Shown here: positions 44,047-55,957 of the stretch, piece after piece
Numbering within the stretch: position 1 is the stretch's first letter
Layout of the letters: each line of letters opens with the position of its first letter
Assembly (NCBI GenBank): GCA_021613535.1
Contig: CP075492.1
Location: 8,184,001-8,248,000, forward strand
Reading direction: 5' to 3'
Source of the DNA: Adineta vaga
Taxonomy: Eukaryota > Animalia > Rotifera
DNA length: 64,000 nt
Notes under the pieces: generated by a model
Seen by the model: the letters and a program-made list of their open reading frames with translations, nothing else
Databases searched by the model: none
What the model was told of the DNA's origin: nothing
Position numbers and translations under genes: made by a program

Positions 44047-47000
44047 ATGGCCGATTCAAAAATTAGCGGTGGTAAGATCATTTACTATTATGATTAAAGT
44101 GAAATTCTATTTCAATTGTTTATTTCTTTAGTCTACCGAATTCCACCTTTCTACTATTTACATGTACTTGATCAAAATAGCAATGTAACTCGACTTGAAG
44201 TAGGACCAAAGACTTTTGTCAAACAAGATCATGAAAAAGTTATTCTTGGACCTGAACGCATGTTGATCATTCCGTATGTTTTCATTTACAATAAAAATCT
44301 CAATTCCCTTTTTTTTCTTCTCTCTGTAGACCACGTCATTATTGCGTAATTGAAAATCCAGCCATTCGAGATAAAGATGGCAAAGTTGTTATCGATTCTA
44401 ATGGTCAAGTGAAATTACTTCATTCAGATGTCGATATTCGTTTTGCCCAAGAACCATTTGCACTTTATCCAGGAGAAATCTTGAAACAAGCTGTCACACC
44501 ATTAAAAGTCATTGAACCTAATTGTGCATTACGACTTCGGGCTGTTTTGGATTTTGTTGATGAAAATGATAAACAGATACGTGCTGGAGATGAATTTCTT
44601 TTTCAAGGACCTGGTATGGATTAAAGAAAATTTTTCGAAAACAAAAAATATCAAAATGAATTCATTGTTTGTTTGTTTTTTCAGGCACCTATTTCCCTCG
44701 CAAAGAAGTCAGTGTTGAAGAACAAATCAAAGCAGTTATTTTAAAATCAAATGAAGCTGTTCGTTTACGTGCAAAGAAAGAAATGACAGATCGAGATGGA
44801 ATTGAACGCGAAACAGGTGAAGAATGGCTCAATCGAACAGTGGGATCTTATTTACCATTAGCTTATGAGGAAGTTGTTTCAACTGTAAAAGCTTACGTTC
44901 TTACTGATAAAGTATGTCTAATTCATTGGAACTATACGTTAAACTTAGATTTATGTATATTTTTGTAGAAAGCACTTCATGTTCGAGCATTACGCACATT
45001 CACTGATGCATTCAAACATAGACGTCTTAATGGTGAAGAATGGTTAGTTTATGCCAGCGATGCTGAAACCTATATTCCTGATGTATATGAAGAAGTAGGT
45101 CACATTTAGTTTTGTCTTCAAAATAAACGAATTTCTATTCTTCTAGGTTGTCGGTGTTGTAACTGTAACTGTATTAAATTCTCGCCAATATTGTGTCATT
45201 CTTGATCCAGTTGGTAGTGATGGTAAACCACAACTTGGAAAGAAAAAACTTGTTCAAGTAAGAAGAATTAAAATTAATAGACTGATTATACTATATGTAT
45301 GTTTTGCTTTTCAAGGGTGAAAAAACATTCTTTCTTCAACCTGGTGAAAAATTAGCCAAAGGTATTCAAGATGTCTACGTTCTCGAAGAAGATGAAGGTC
45401 TTATTCTTCGTTGTACAGAATCGTTCAAAGAAGATGGAGTAAGTCATTGTCTGTTATAACTGAATTTCTCTTATCTTCTATTCTTTCGTAGAAAGTTGTT
45501 CGTAATCCTGGTGATCGTTGGATGGTCCGTGGTCCTAAAGATTATATTCCAGCTGTTCAAGCTGATGTTGTTCTCCGTCGTAAAGCAATTCCATTAGATG
45601 TTAACGAAGGAATCTACGTTCGTGATGTTAAAACTGGTAAAATTCGATCTGTCATTGGTAGTACATATTTATTAACTGAAAATGAAGAACTTTGGGAAAA
45701 AGATTTACCAGCACAAGTCGAACAATTAATTACACTAGATCCACGATATTTTGAAGATAAACTAGGACTTCCCACAACAGTTCCACCACGTGATAAATCC
45801 AAAGTTATTACTTATCGTGTACCACACAATGCATGTGTACAAATTTATGATTATAAATCGAAAAAAGCTCGCATTGTTTTTGGCCCAGAACTTGTTATGC
45901 TTGGCCCTGATGAACAATTTACTATTTTAAATCTTTCTGGTGAAAAACCAAAAGTACCGAACAAAATTCGAGCTATCTGTCTTCTTTTGGGTCCGGAATT
46001 TTCCAGTGATATTGTTACTATTGAATCAAGTGATCATGCTCGTTTATCTCTCCGACTTTCGTACAATTGGCATTTCGAAGTAAGATAAATAAGAATTGAT
46101 AGAAAAAACAATATTTCATTATCATGTCTATTTATAGATTACTGATCGTAATGATACTAAAGAAGTTGCTAAACTTTTCTCAGTTCCCGATTTCATCGGA
46201 GATTTTTGCAAAGCTGTTGCTGCTAAGATCCGTGGTGCAGTTGCTGCTATTCCATTCGATGATTTTCATAAGAATTCAGCGAAAATCATTCGTACATCCG
46301 TATTTGGTCTTGATGAGAATAAACGAGTTAATAATCGATTATTATTCCCACAAAATAATTTGGTTTTAACTTCAATTGATATTCAAAGCGTTGAACCAGT
46401 TGATCAACGAACACGTGATGCACTTCAAAAGAGTGTTCAACTAGCCATTGAAGTATGTTTATCAAAACAAATAGTTTCCTGAAAAGAAGATGATTTGATT
46501 TAATTTTAGATTACAACCAATTCACAAGAAGCTCAAGCTAAACATATGGCTTCTCGAACTGAACAAGAAGCAAAAGGTCATTTAGAACGACAAAAGATTA
46601 CTGATGAAGCTGAAGGTAAAATTGAAAATAATTGTTGTCATATTAATTTCTAAATTTCTTTGTATTTAGCCGAAAAGGCTCGACGAAAATTATTACAACT
46701 TCAAGCACTATCAGCTGCTGTTGAGTCAACTGGTCAATCGCGTGCTGAAGCACAATCACGAGCTGAAGCTGCTAAAATTGAGGGTGAAGCTGCTGTTGAA
46801 CAAGGTAGACAGTCTTAGACATTTTCATTGATTGTTTCATTGTTAACGTATGTTTTCTTTTCAGCAACACTTCGTGCTCAAGCAGCTAAAATCGAAGCTG
46901 ATATCGAACTTTATCGATTAACGCAAGCTCGTGAATTAGAATTAGGCTATTCGAAATTAGTTACTGAACTTGAAATTGAAAAAGCTAAACGATTAGCTAA

Positions 47001-47260
47001 TATTGAAACCGAAGAATTTAGAGAACATGTATCAGCCATTGGACCCAAAACAATTCAAGCAATTGCAACAAGTGGACCTGATAATCAAGTAAGTTTTACA
47101 CACTATTCATTTTCATTGTTTTATTAAATTTTTCTTCGCTTAGGTGAAACTTCTTCAAGCACTCGGTATTAAATCAACTTTAATTACTGATGGACGCAGT
47201 CCAATCAATCTATTCAACACTGCTGTTGATTTAGTTGGATCACCAACTGTACAACATTAA
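44047..47260 (+). CDS. MVP: Major vault protein, paralog A
   Basis: [29 protein letters not shown] repeats ([13 protein letters not shown]), [38 protein letters not shown], and [17 protein letters not shown]. Confidence 0.97.
46378..46533 (+). repeat. Inverted repeat arm, near-identical to 48586-48741
   Basis: 156 bp with 3 mismatches by manual alignment, including the whole 57-nt intron 46453-46509. Confidence 0.92.
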
Positions 47261-47907
47261 TCAGCACTCCTAAGAAATATCCAATCCATTTGAGTGCCGT
47301 CAGATTTTTCAACAAAAAAATCAAACATTTTGCTATGACATTTTTTTCCTTTTCAATTCTGTGTAAACTATAGAAAATTTGTTTTTAATCATCATTTAAG
47401 AAATAAAATTGATGTATGTCGTACATGAAATTATTTTCATCAATAACAAGTCAATTGTGCAAAAGAATAATTACCATACGATAGTTATATATTTCTCGTT
47501 AACTAGAAAGAAAGTAAAGATATGCATATGGACACTCAAGCAGACAATTTTCGAAATAATCGATTACTCATGTTTCTTCTCGTAAATAGATTTGGTGGAC
47601 ATGACCCACTCGAAATATTGCCTCGCTTATATGAACTGTAAAATCTAGATAAACTAAACGAATCACACTCTCAGCATTATTACTGTTTTTCTCACATCTT
47701 CAAGAGTGTTTTTCGGTCAAATATCAGATCTATTGTACAAGTACTATTGTCTGTTATTTTCATTCAAGAGAAATATCAACTTTTTTTCTTGTCAGATTTA
47801 TTATTAGTACATAGACGTGGAAAAAAAAACAAATAAAGTAATCAAGCTAATATTTTTTATAAAATAACATGAACACGCGTGCACAAAGTTTTTAATCTTC
47901 AATGGAT

Positions 47908-50900
47908 TTATTCGTGTTCGACAACTTGGTAATTGTTTGAAGCACTACGTGATGTACGAGCATTTCGATTACCAGCTGAATTTAAACCACCTAAAAGACC
48001 TTGACCGAATCCCATAAGATTGATTGGTGTATTACCATCGGTGACAAGCATAGATTGAAGACCGAGTGCTTGTAAAAGTTTGACTTGTGTATCAGGACCT
48101 GATGTAGCAATTGCTTGAATTGTTGATGCTCCAATTGATTCAACTTGTAATTTGAATTTATCTGTTTCAATTCGTGACATTTCAGATTTTTTAGTAATTT
48201 CTAATTCATCTCGTTCACGAACAAATTTAATTTCAGCTTCACGTGCTAATTTCAAACGTGATAATTCAGCTTCAGCTTCAATTCGAGTTGCTTCAGCTTT
48301 AAGACGAGCTATTGAAAAGAAAATAATAATAATAAGCAATAGAATTGATAAAAATCTTGATTCATTACCTTGTTCAACGGCAGCTTCTCCTTCAATTCGA
48401 GCAGATTCAGCTCGACTTTGAGCTTCAGCTTTGGCTTGACCAGTTGATTCAACAGCAGCTGATAGTGCTTGTAATTCAAGAAGTTGTTTACGAACATCTT
48501 CAGCTTCAGCTTCATCTTTGATACGTTGTCGTTCTAATAAACCTTTTGCTTCTTGTTCTCGTCGTGAAGCTTCATGTTTAGCTGCAGCTTCTTGTGAATT
48601 GGTTGTAATCTAAAATTAAATCAAATCATCTTCCTTTCAGGAAACTATTTGTTTTGATAAACATACTTCAATGGCTAATTGAACACTCTTTTGAAGTGCA
48701 TCACGTGTTCGTTGATCAACAGGTTCAACGCTTTGAATATCGATGGATGTAATGACGAGATTGTTTTGTGGAAAAACAAATTGTTCTCGTGGTCGTTTTT
48801 CAGCATCAAGACCAAAAACAGCTGCACGAATGATTTCTGCTGAGCTCTTATGAAAATCATCAAATTGTGTGCCAGCCACAATACCACGAACTCGTGAAGC
48901 AATGGCCTTAGCTGCATCACCAACAAAATCAGGAACTGAGAAAAGTTTAGCAGCTTCTTTTTCATCACATCCAGCATTAACTGCAAAATGCCAATCTAAA
49001 AAAAGTATACGAAAATCAAAACTATGAATTGATTTTAGTGAATAAACTTACTGTAGGAAAGTTGAAGAGAGAGACGAGCATGATCAGCTGTTTCGATAAC
49101 AATAACATCAGTAAAGAAATCGGGACCGAGAAGTAAACAAAGTGTTTGAATCTGATTGGGTTTTTTTGGTACAGTGCCACTCAACGAAAGTAATGTGAAT
49201 TGTTCATCAGGGCCAAGCATAACAAGTTCAGGACCAAAAATAATACGTGCTTTTTTAGCTTTATAATCATAAATTTGTACACATGCATTGTGTGGTAACG
49301 ATAAGTAACTAATTTTGATTTATCACGTTTGCTGGTTTTTGAACCTGATGCTTGTGATGTAGTTGTGTTTTGTTGAGATTTATCTGATCCTTGATTACGT
49401 GTGGGAACATTACGTTCAGCTAATGGATCACGTGATAATAAGTCTTCGACTTGTTTTGGTAATTCTTTTTGCCAAAGTTCTTCGTCTTGTGTGAGCATAT
49501 AAGTTTCACCAACAACAGCTCGTACACGACCAGTTTTGATATCACGAACATAGATACCTTCATTTTCATCTAATGGAAGTGCTTTACGACGAGTGACAAC
49601 TTCTACTTGTGTTGGAGGAATATATTCACTAAAAAATAAACAATATGCATATGTTTTTTTCTCTTCTTCGTCATAAAATCTATTTCTCTTACGTTGGACC
49701 ACGAATCATCCATCGATCACCAGGATTTCGTGCTGTGCCAGCTTGTTGATCATCGAATGTTTCGATACATTTGAGAATTACACCTTCATCTTCGCCTAAG
49801 ATATACACATCTTGAATACCATTCTCAAGTTTTTCACCAGGTTGAAGAAAGAATGATTTTTCACCGACAACAAGTTTCTAAAAGGAACAAAAACAAAACG
49901 ATTTATTATTGCGATATGAATAAAATTGAAGAATTATACTTTTCTTCCTAATTGTGGTTTTCCATCAGCAACTGGATCGAGAATGACACAGTATTGACGT
50001 GAATTAAGAGTAATAACATCAACAACTGCAACTAATTGTTCGTAAACACTAAGAATATGTGTTTCTGTATCTATATATGTGACAAGCCATTCTTCACCAT
50101 TCATGCGGTTTTTACCAAAATCATCAACGAAAGTTTTTAAGGCACGAATATGAAGAGCTTTCTTGTCAGTTAAAACATGAGCATTATCGACTGAAACTAC
50201 ACTTTCCTAAACATTTCAAATGATAAAAATAGTTTATACAGAAAAGAACAAGAATTATCATCCTATCTTACATAGGCAAGTGGTAAATAAGCACCAGTCT
50301 TTTTTACCAACCATTCTTCACCAGTAACACGTCGTTGACCAGCTCGATCAATGATTTCTTTTTTGGCACAAAGTCGAATGGCTTGATTAGAACCGATCAC
50401 AGTAGCGCGAATTTGTTCTTCTACACTGACTTCTTTACGTGGGATATATGTAGCTGGTCCTTCGAATAACCATTCATCACCAGCTCGACGTTGTTCTTTA
50501 GTTGTTTCATCGTCAAAATCAAGAACAGCTTTTAAACGTAATGCTGAATTTGCTGGAACTACTTTTAGAGGAGTTACTGGCTACAAAAACAAAACACATT
50601 ATATTTTGTCTGCAATAAGTAGGTCGATTTTGTCTATACCTGACGAAGAACTTCTCCTGGATAGAGTGGAAATGGTGCTTGATCAGCTCGTGCAAGACGA
50701 ATATCCAAATCAGCATGGATCAATTTAGCTTGACCATTTTTATCAAATACAACTTCGCCGGCCTCATTGCGTACAACTGGTGATTCAACAACACAGTAAT
50801 GACGTGGTCTAAATAAATTTTTCAATGTTATTTTCTTTGTTTTTTCATTTTTAAGAAAAAAATACGTACGGTACAGTAATCATTTTTTCTGGTCCAATAG

Positions 50901-51066
50901 TGACTGTTTCATTATCTTGTTTAATAAATGTTTTGGGACCAATTTCAAGTCGAGTTACATTGGTATTTTGATCAAGTACATGAATATAATGGTACGGTGG
51001 TATACGATACACTGGACCTGCATTGCTCTTAGCATTTGTAGTTGTCGTAGAAGTAGATGGATTCAT
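47908..51066 (-). CDS. MVP: Major vault protein, paralog B, with an apparent 1-nt deletion at 49297/49298
   Basis: [71 protein letters not shown]. The frame breaks at VTYR[V]PHN. Confidence 0.95.
48586..48741 (-). repeat. Inverted repeat arm, near-identical to 46378-46533
   Basis: Reverse complement matches the paralog A exon-intron-exon segment with 3 mismatches. Confidence 0.92.
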
Positions 51067-51910
51067 TTTTTATTATCAACAATGATCTAGACAAAATTTA
51101 TGTGAAATGAATGCCTACTTATAAAAAGCGAAGAAAAACAAGAGGTGAACGAGATATTACATGAGAGGTGGTTAATGCTTCGTTTCAAAGGATTGTGCAA
51201 GTTTGCCCCACTGAAAAAATGAGAGAAAAAAATCTATATATCTCTCTCTCTGTCTGCGTCTTTTGCAACGTTGTGTAATAACATCGACTTGCCTTGTGTT
51301 GACGTCGATGGTGAAAGAACGAAGACACTGTAGTGTCATTGATGAATCACCATGAAAAACAATTGCACATGAATGATCATGATGGTGAAATGAATGGAAT
51401 CTGAACCGTTACACATTGCTAATCGTTAACAAACAACGCAGTTAGGAACTTTGACCTACTTTTACAAATTTTCTTGCTTATATGAAATACTTATTTGATT
51501 GTGCAAAGAGTTAATCATTTTCCTGTTGTTATTTGCAAAAATCTCTAGATTTTTATTTTCGACCATGTTAGTTAGCGAAAAAAAAGAAAAGAACCACACC
51601 GACAATTACACAAAAAAAGGAGGCAGAAGAAGCGAGATTGAACAAAATGAATACACACACGTCACAGACATACATATAAACAAAAAAGAAAAAGAAAAAG
51701 AATGTCTACATTGATATTTCATAAAGATCTTTGTAATATATTTTCTAAAGACACAAGCTAGGCGAGTTTAGAAACAAACAAAAGAAGAAGCAGAAAGTTT
51801 TTCATTGAGCGTTATTCAATATGAATGACCGCAGTAATGATTAGAAGTTTGAGTTTAAGTTCGTCTTTGGGAAATAAAGAAAAAAAAGTAGAGAAAAACA
51901 ATGATGCGAT

Positions 51911-54502
51911 TTAGGCAGCAGGTGGTGCTGAAGGTTGTATCGATTTCAAATCGCCATGAACACGAAACCGGTATAAACATGTATAATTTGGATTACCCCA
52001 ATTGGATGTTATTCGGACTTCGATATATTCAACTAATGGTACATTGACAAGCTAAATGAAACGAAGACGAAAGATACTTATGAAATGAAAGATGTAAAAG
52101 AACTTACTTGAGGTTTAAACCGTTGAAGTGATGGACCATTTTCAGCATCATAGAAATATCGACCAAGAACTATACCTTCTTTATCATTTTTGTCTTTCAA
52201 AGCCTACAAGTAATGAAAACATAGTTTTCATTATTCGGAATTACATCAGTAGTATCATATCAACTTACATAAACAGTAAAATTATTTGGTGCACTATTGA
52301 TATGTCCAACAACTGAAATACTTTTCGATAAATGTTCAAGTGCGAATTCTTGCGGTTTAACTGGTACAGCTAACTTGATAACTACACTACCATGATCACC
52401 TTTAAAAGGAAAACATTGACCGGGCATTCGACCAGCCTAAGAGAAGAAAAGATCAAATGAAAATTAATAATTAGTTTACAAAATAAAACAAACTTTGATT
52501 AACATATTTGGTTGTTTTGACATATGTATAATTGGAATACCAAGAAATTTCACAACATTTTGACGTGGTTCCTCTGTATATTCTGTACATCTTGTATCAA
52601 CAATTTTTGCTCCTGAAACAAAAGAAGAAATTAACATATGTTTCATCTTTATTTCTGTATTTCAATCATTTACCATTTGCTTCAAGTGCATAATCTGCTT
52701 GACCAGTTTCATCGGCTGCATATTCATCAAGTAAGAATCGAATTAACTAAATTCATACACAGTTTTATTATTTCTTTTCATTTCAATCTTCTCAACTTAC
52801 TCCTTCCAATTCTCTTTCTTGTGCAGGTTTCAATGCATGACCACTTCCAAGAAATTTTTCTTTTTCACGTTTCAATTCTTCAATAACACGATTTACTTTT
52901 TCTAAACCAGCTTCACAATAATCTTTAGCATTGTCTTTTGTCACTTCTACTGCTCCATTAACACGTTCTTTAACATTATCAATTTTTCGATGAAAAAGTT
53001 TTTTGATATTATAATAACCATCATCTATTTTGCTCAAAACCGAATCTTTAACATTGTTCATTTTATTCCAAACGGTTTTCAATGTGCTAGTACCACGCTT
53101 ATATGTTTGATTTTCAATGAATTGAACTGATTGATTCGTTACATTATTGGCATATTCTTGGAATCTTCGACAACCTTGATAAAGTTTCGATTCTGGATAA
53201 TGTTCGAATGGTTTACATGCCAAATGAGGAACTATATGAGATAACAAAAGAGAGGCTAAGATACGAAAATTTATCAACGAACTACTTACAAACATAGAAA
53301 CCAAGAAAAAGAAGTAGTGGAAGAAGTAACCACCATGGTAAACCAAAGAATTTATGCCATATAAAACTCAAAATATCGAATGGTAAACGAACAATTCTTT
53401 TGATTAATCGAACAAGAATATTATCTTTTTCTTTGTGATCATGGCTTTCTTTATGTTTTTCATCATAATCTTCCACATCATTTTCATGACGACTATCTTG
53501 ACTTTTTCTCTCTTTTCGTTGTTTACTTGTCGTTTTATGTTCTTCACTATCAATATCTCGAGGTGTTGAATGAACAGGAGTACCACGACGACGTAGATTA
53601 TAACTTCCCGACTGAGCATTTGTTGATGATTGTGATGATGAACGAGTATATCGTGAACCACCATAAGACGATGGAGAATTTAGAAGTGGTGCTGCTTGAT
53701 CATGACTACTATGATGTGTTAAACGATCACGTATTGTAGAATAACCATTCACTAATTGTGATCGAACATTAGAAATAAATTTTGCTGGTGAAGAAAATGC
53801 TGATGATGTCGATGAAAAACTTCGTGATCCATAAGCAGGATATTCACCATGCAAATCACGACGAGCCATGACAGGTACATCATATGAACCATTCTGCGTC
53901 ACAGGCATGTAGGATACGCTAAATAATAAAAAAACATACCAAATGTTAAAATAAGATGTGCACAGCGTGTGCTGTCTATCAAGATCGATCTATAGAAACG
54001 AGACTCATAATACACTATCAAATTCGGATCATAAAGAGATCATCAATCATTTCGAATGCAAGAGTCTCTGATTAAAATCGAGTTCATCACACAACCTAGA
54101 GATTAACGCTCAACTATGATCGAAATATAATGATCATTGACACAAAAGAAATGAAAGCTATGCATTATTATTAAAGTAAACAATAAGCAAATACAAACCT
54201 ATGAGCATATGTATACGTTGTTGGTGGTAATCCACTAAAAGTAAATAGAATATTTATTTTTCTTAAATAATTACTTTTTAATTGAAAACTTACTCAGTTG
54301 GTGATTTCGTATTCTGAAGTATATCATATACGCTTCTATTTGCAGTTGTTGTAGAACCTACTCGCCGTTTTGTAATTGTATCTGTTCGTACTTCAGTTTC
54401 AATAAACATTGGTCGACGAGCTGTTGTTATTGAAGAATTTGAACCTGATGTTGTTGATCTATTTGTTTCAATAATATCATCATCAATAATAATATCTGCC
54501 AT
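51911..54502 (-). CDS. SUN-domain inner nuclear membrane protein
   Basis: Ser/Arg-rich nucleoplasmic N-terminus, TM segment PWWLLLPLLLFLGFYV, coiled region, YAADETGQADYALEANGAKI, PGQCFPFKG, and SNWGNPNYTCLYRFRVHG. Confidence 0.92.
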
Positions 54503-54705
54503 TATTTAATTTCCAGAAAATCAAATCTGAAGGTAAGTAAAAAAAATATATAGATTTCGTCTGCATACAATCGTGACCTATGAAACAAAGTGAATGATAT
54601 GAACAAAGACCGGCCGATATGATCATGACGAATAGATTAGAAGCAGACGGAGAAAAGAACGAAAAAGAAAAACATTCTCTGCGCATGTCTCGTGTATGTA
54701 GAAGG

Positions 54706-55957
54706 TTAATATACAATAGGAAAAGAAAAGGAAGACATAAAACGATCATTTAGTATCTGAAGTGTAGTTAAAACAATACGTTCAATTGAAGAGAAATATT
54801 TCAACCAAATTTTCGTACATTCTCTTTGCATTGCATGTCTTGCATTTGGATCAATCGTTCTCAAATAAGCCGGTAGTAAACTGAACGATGATACATTTGA
54901 ATAGATAATAGCAGATTTTGACCAATCAATAATTTCACTGAACGGAAGAATGATGGATTCATCATCATTACTTGTTATCACTGGTATACAACCATATTGT
55001 AAAACTTCAAGAAATCGATAGGAATATAAACGACGTCCAGTTGGTACAAGACAAAAATGTGATTGTTTTAATAATTGTATATATTCATTTTTATCATTTG
55101 AAATTGTTTCGTTATCAGTATATTTGACAATAATATCATGATTATTATTTAAATGACGAAAAAATGTACGATGATGTTGAACATCTTCGTAACTTTTTCC
55201 TTTGAATGAAAGAAGAATTGTACGTGAAATAGAAGACGAAGAAAAAGAATGAAATGGATAATCAGAATGAAATAATGGAAATGTAAGATGTAACGAACAA
55301 TTATAATTAGTATAAGTTAAACTAGTTGAAGCAAGAATATAACGAGATGGTAAAGTAAAATCAAGTGTACGTCGATAAGAAGGCCAAGTGCCTATAATAG
55401 AATGAAAGAAGAAGAAATTTTTAGGCGGAAATAGAAAAGAAGAAGTTGCGCAATTCTATTGTAAGAAAATGAAAGAAAATACTACCTGTATAATGATTAA
55501 ATATTAAATGAATTTTGTTCGGATCAGACCATTCAGAAAAGAAATTCAAACGTTGTTCAATAAAATAAACGTAATAACCATTTTTTGATCGACGATCACG
55601 ATCAATTGTATCAACTGGTGCTATATATATACAAGCAAGATTTGAATCATTTGTGTAATACGAAGAATTTCTAATTGTCTCAAGTATTATTGCAAAAACT
55701 GGTGAACGTACATAGGTAACATTTGGATATTGAATATTCTGATCGATATGGATAGAAAAACGTGTAATATTATTTGAACAGCGTAGTTTTTGTTCACAAT
55801 TCAATAATGGCGAGGAAGATGAAAAGTGAGATGCGTCAATAGAAGAAAAAAGTTGAAATATAAGTGCAAGCTGTACAAAACATATAAGAACACAAATGAT
55901 TGCAAGAAAGGCAAAACGTTGAGGTATATTAGAAAAGAGAAGGAGAGATCTTATCAT
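54706..55957 (-). CDS. Exostosin-1-like glycosyltransferase, GT47 domain only (2 exons)
   Basis: Type II TM anchor, SSYYTNDSNLACIYIAPVDTIDRD, HLIFNHYTGTWPSY, LLSFKGK, SHFCLVPTGRRLYSYRFLEVLQYGCIPV, LPFSEIIDW, YFSSIERIVLTTLQILNDRF, then stop. Confidence 0.88.

Noticed and set aside
47261-47907. Vault RNA gene between the two MVP genes
   Set aside because: No Pol III A-box/B-box pair with a terminal stem and T-run could be identified.
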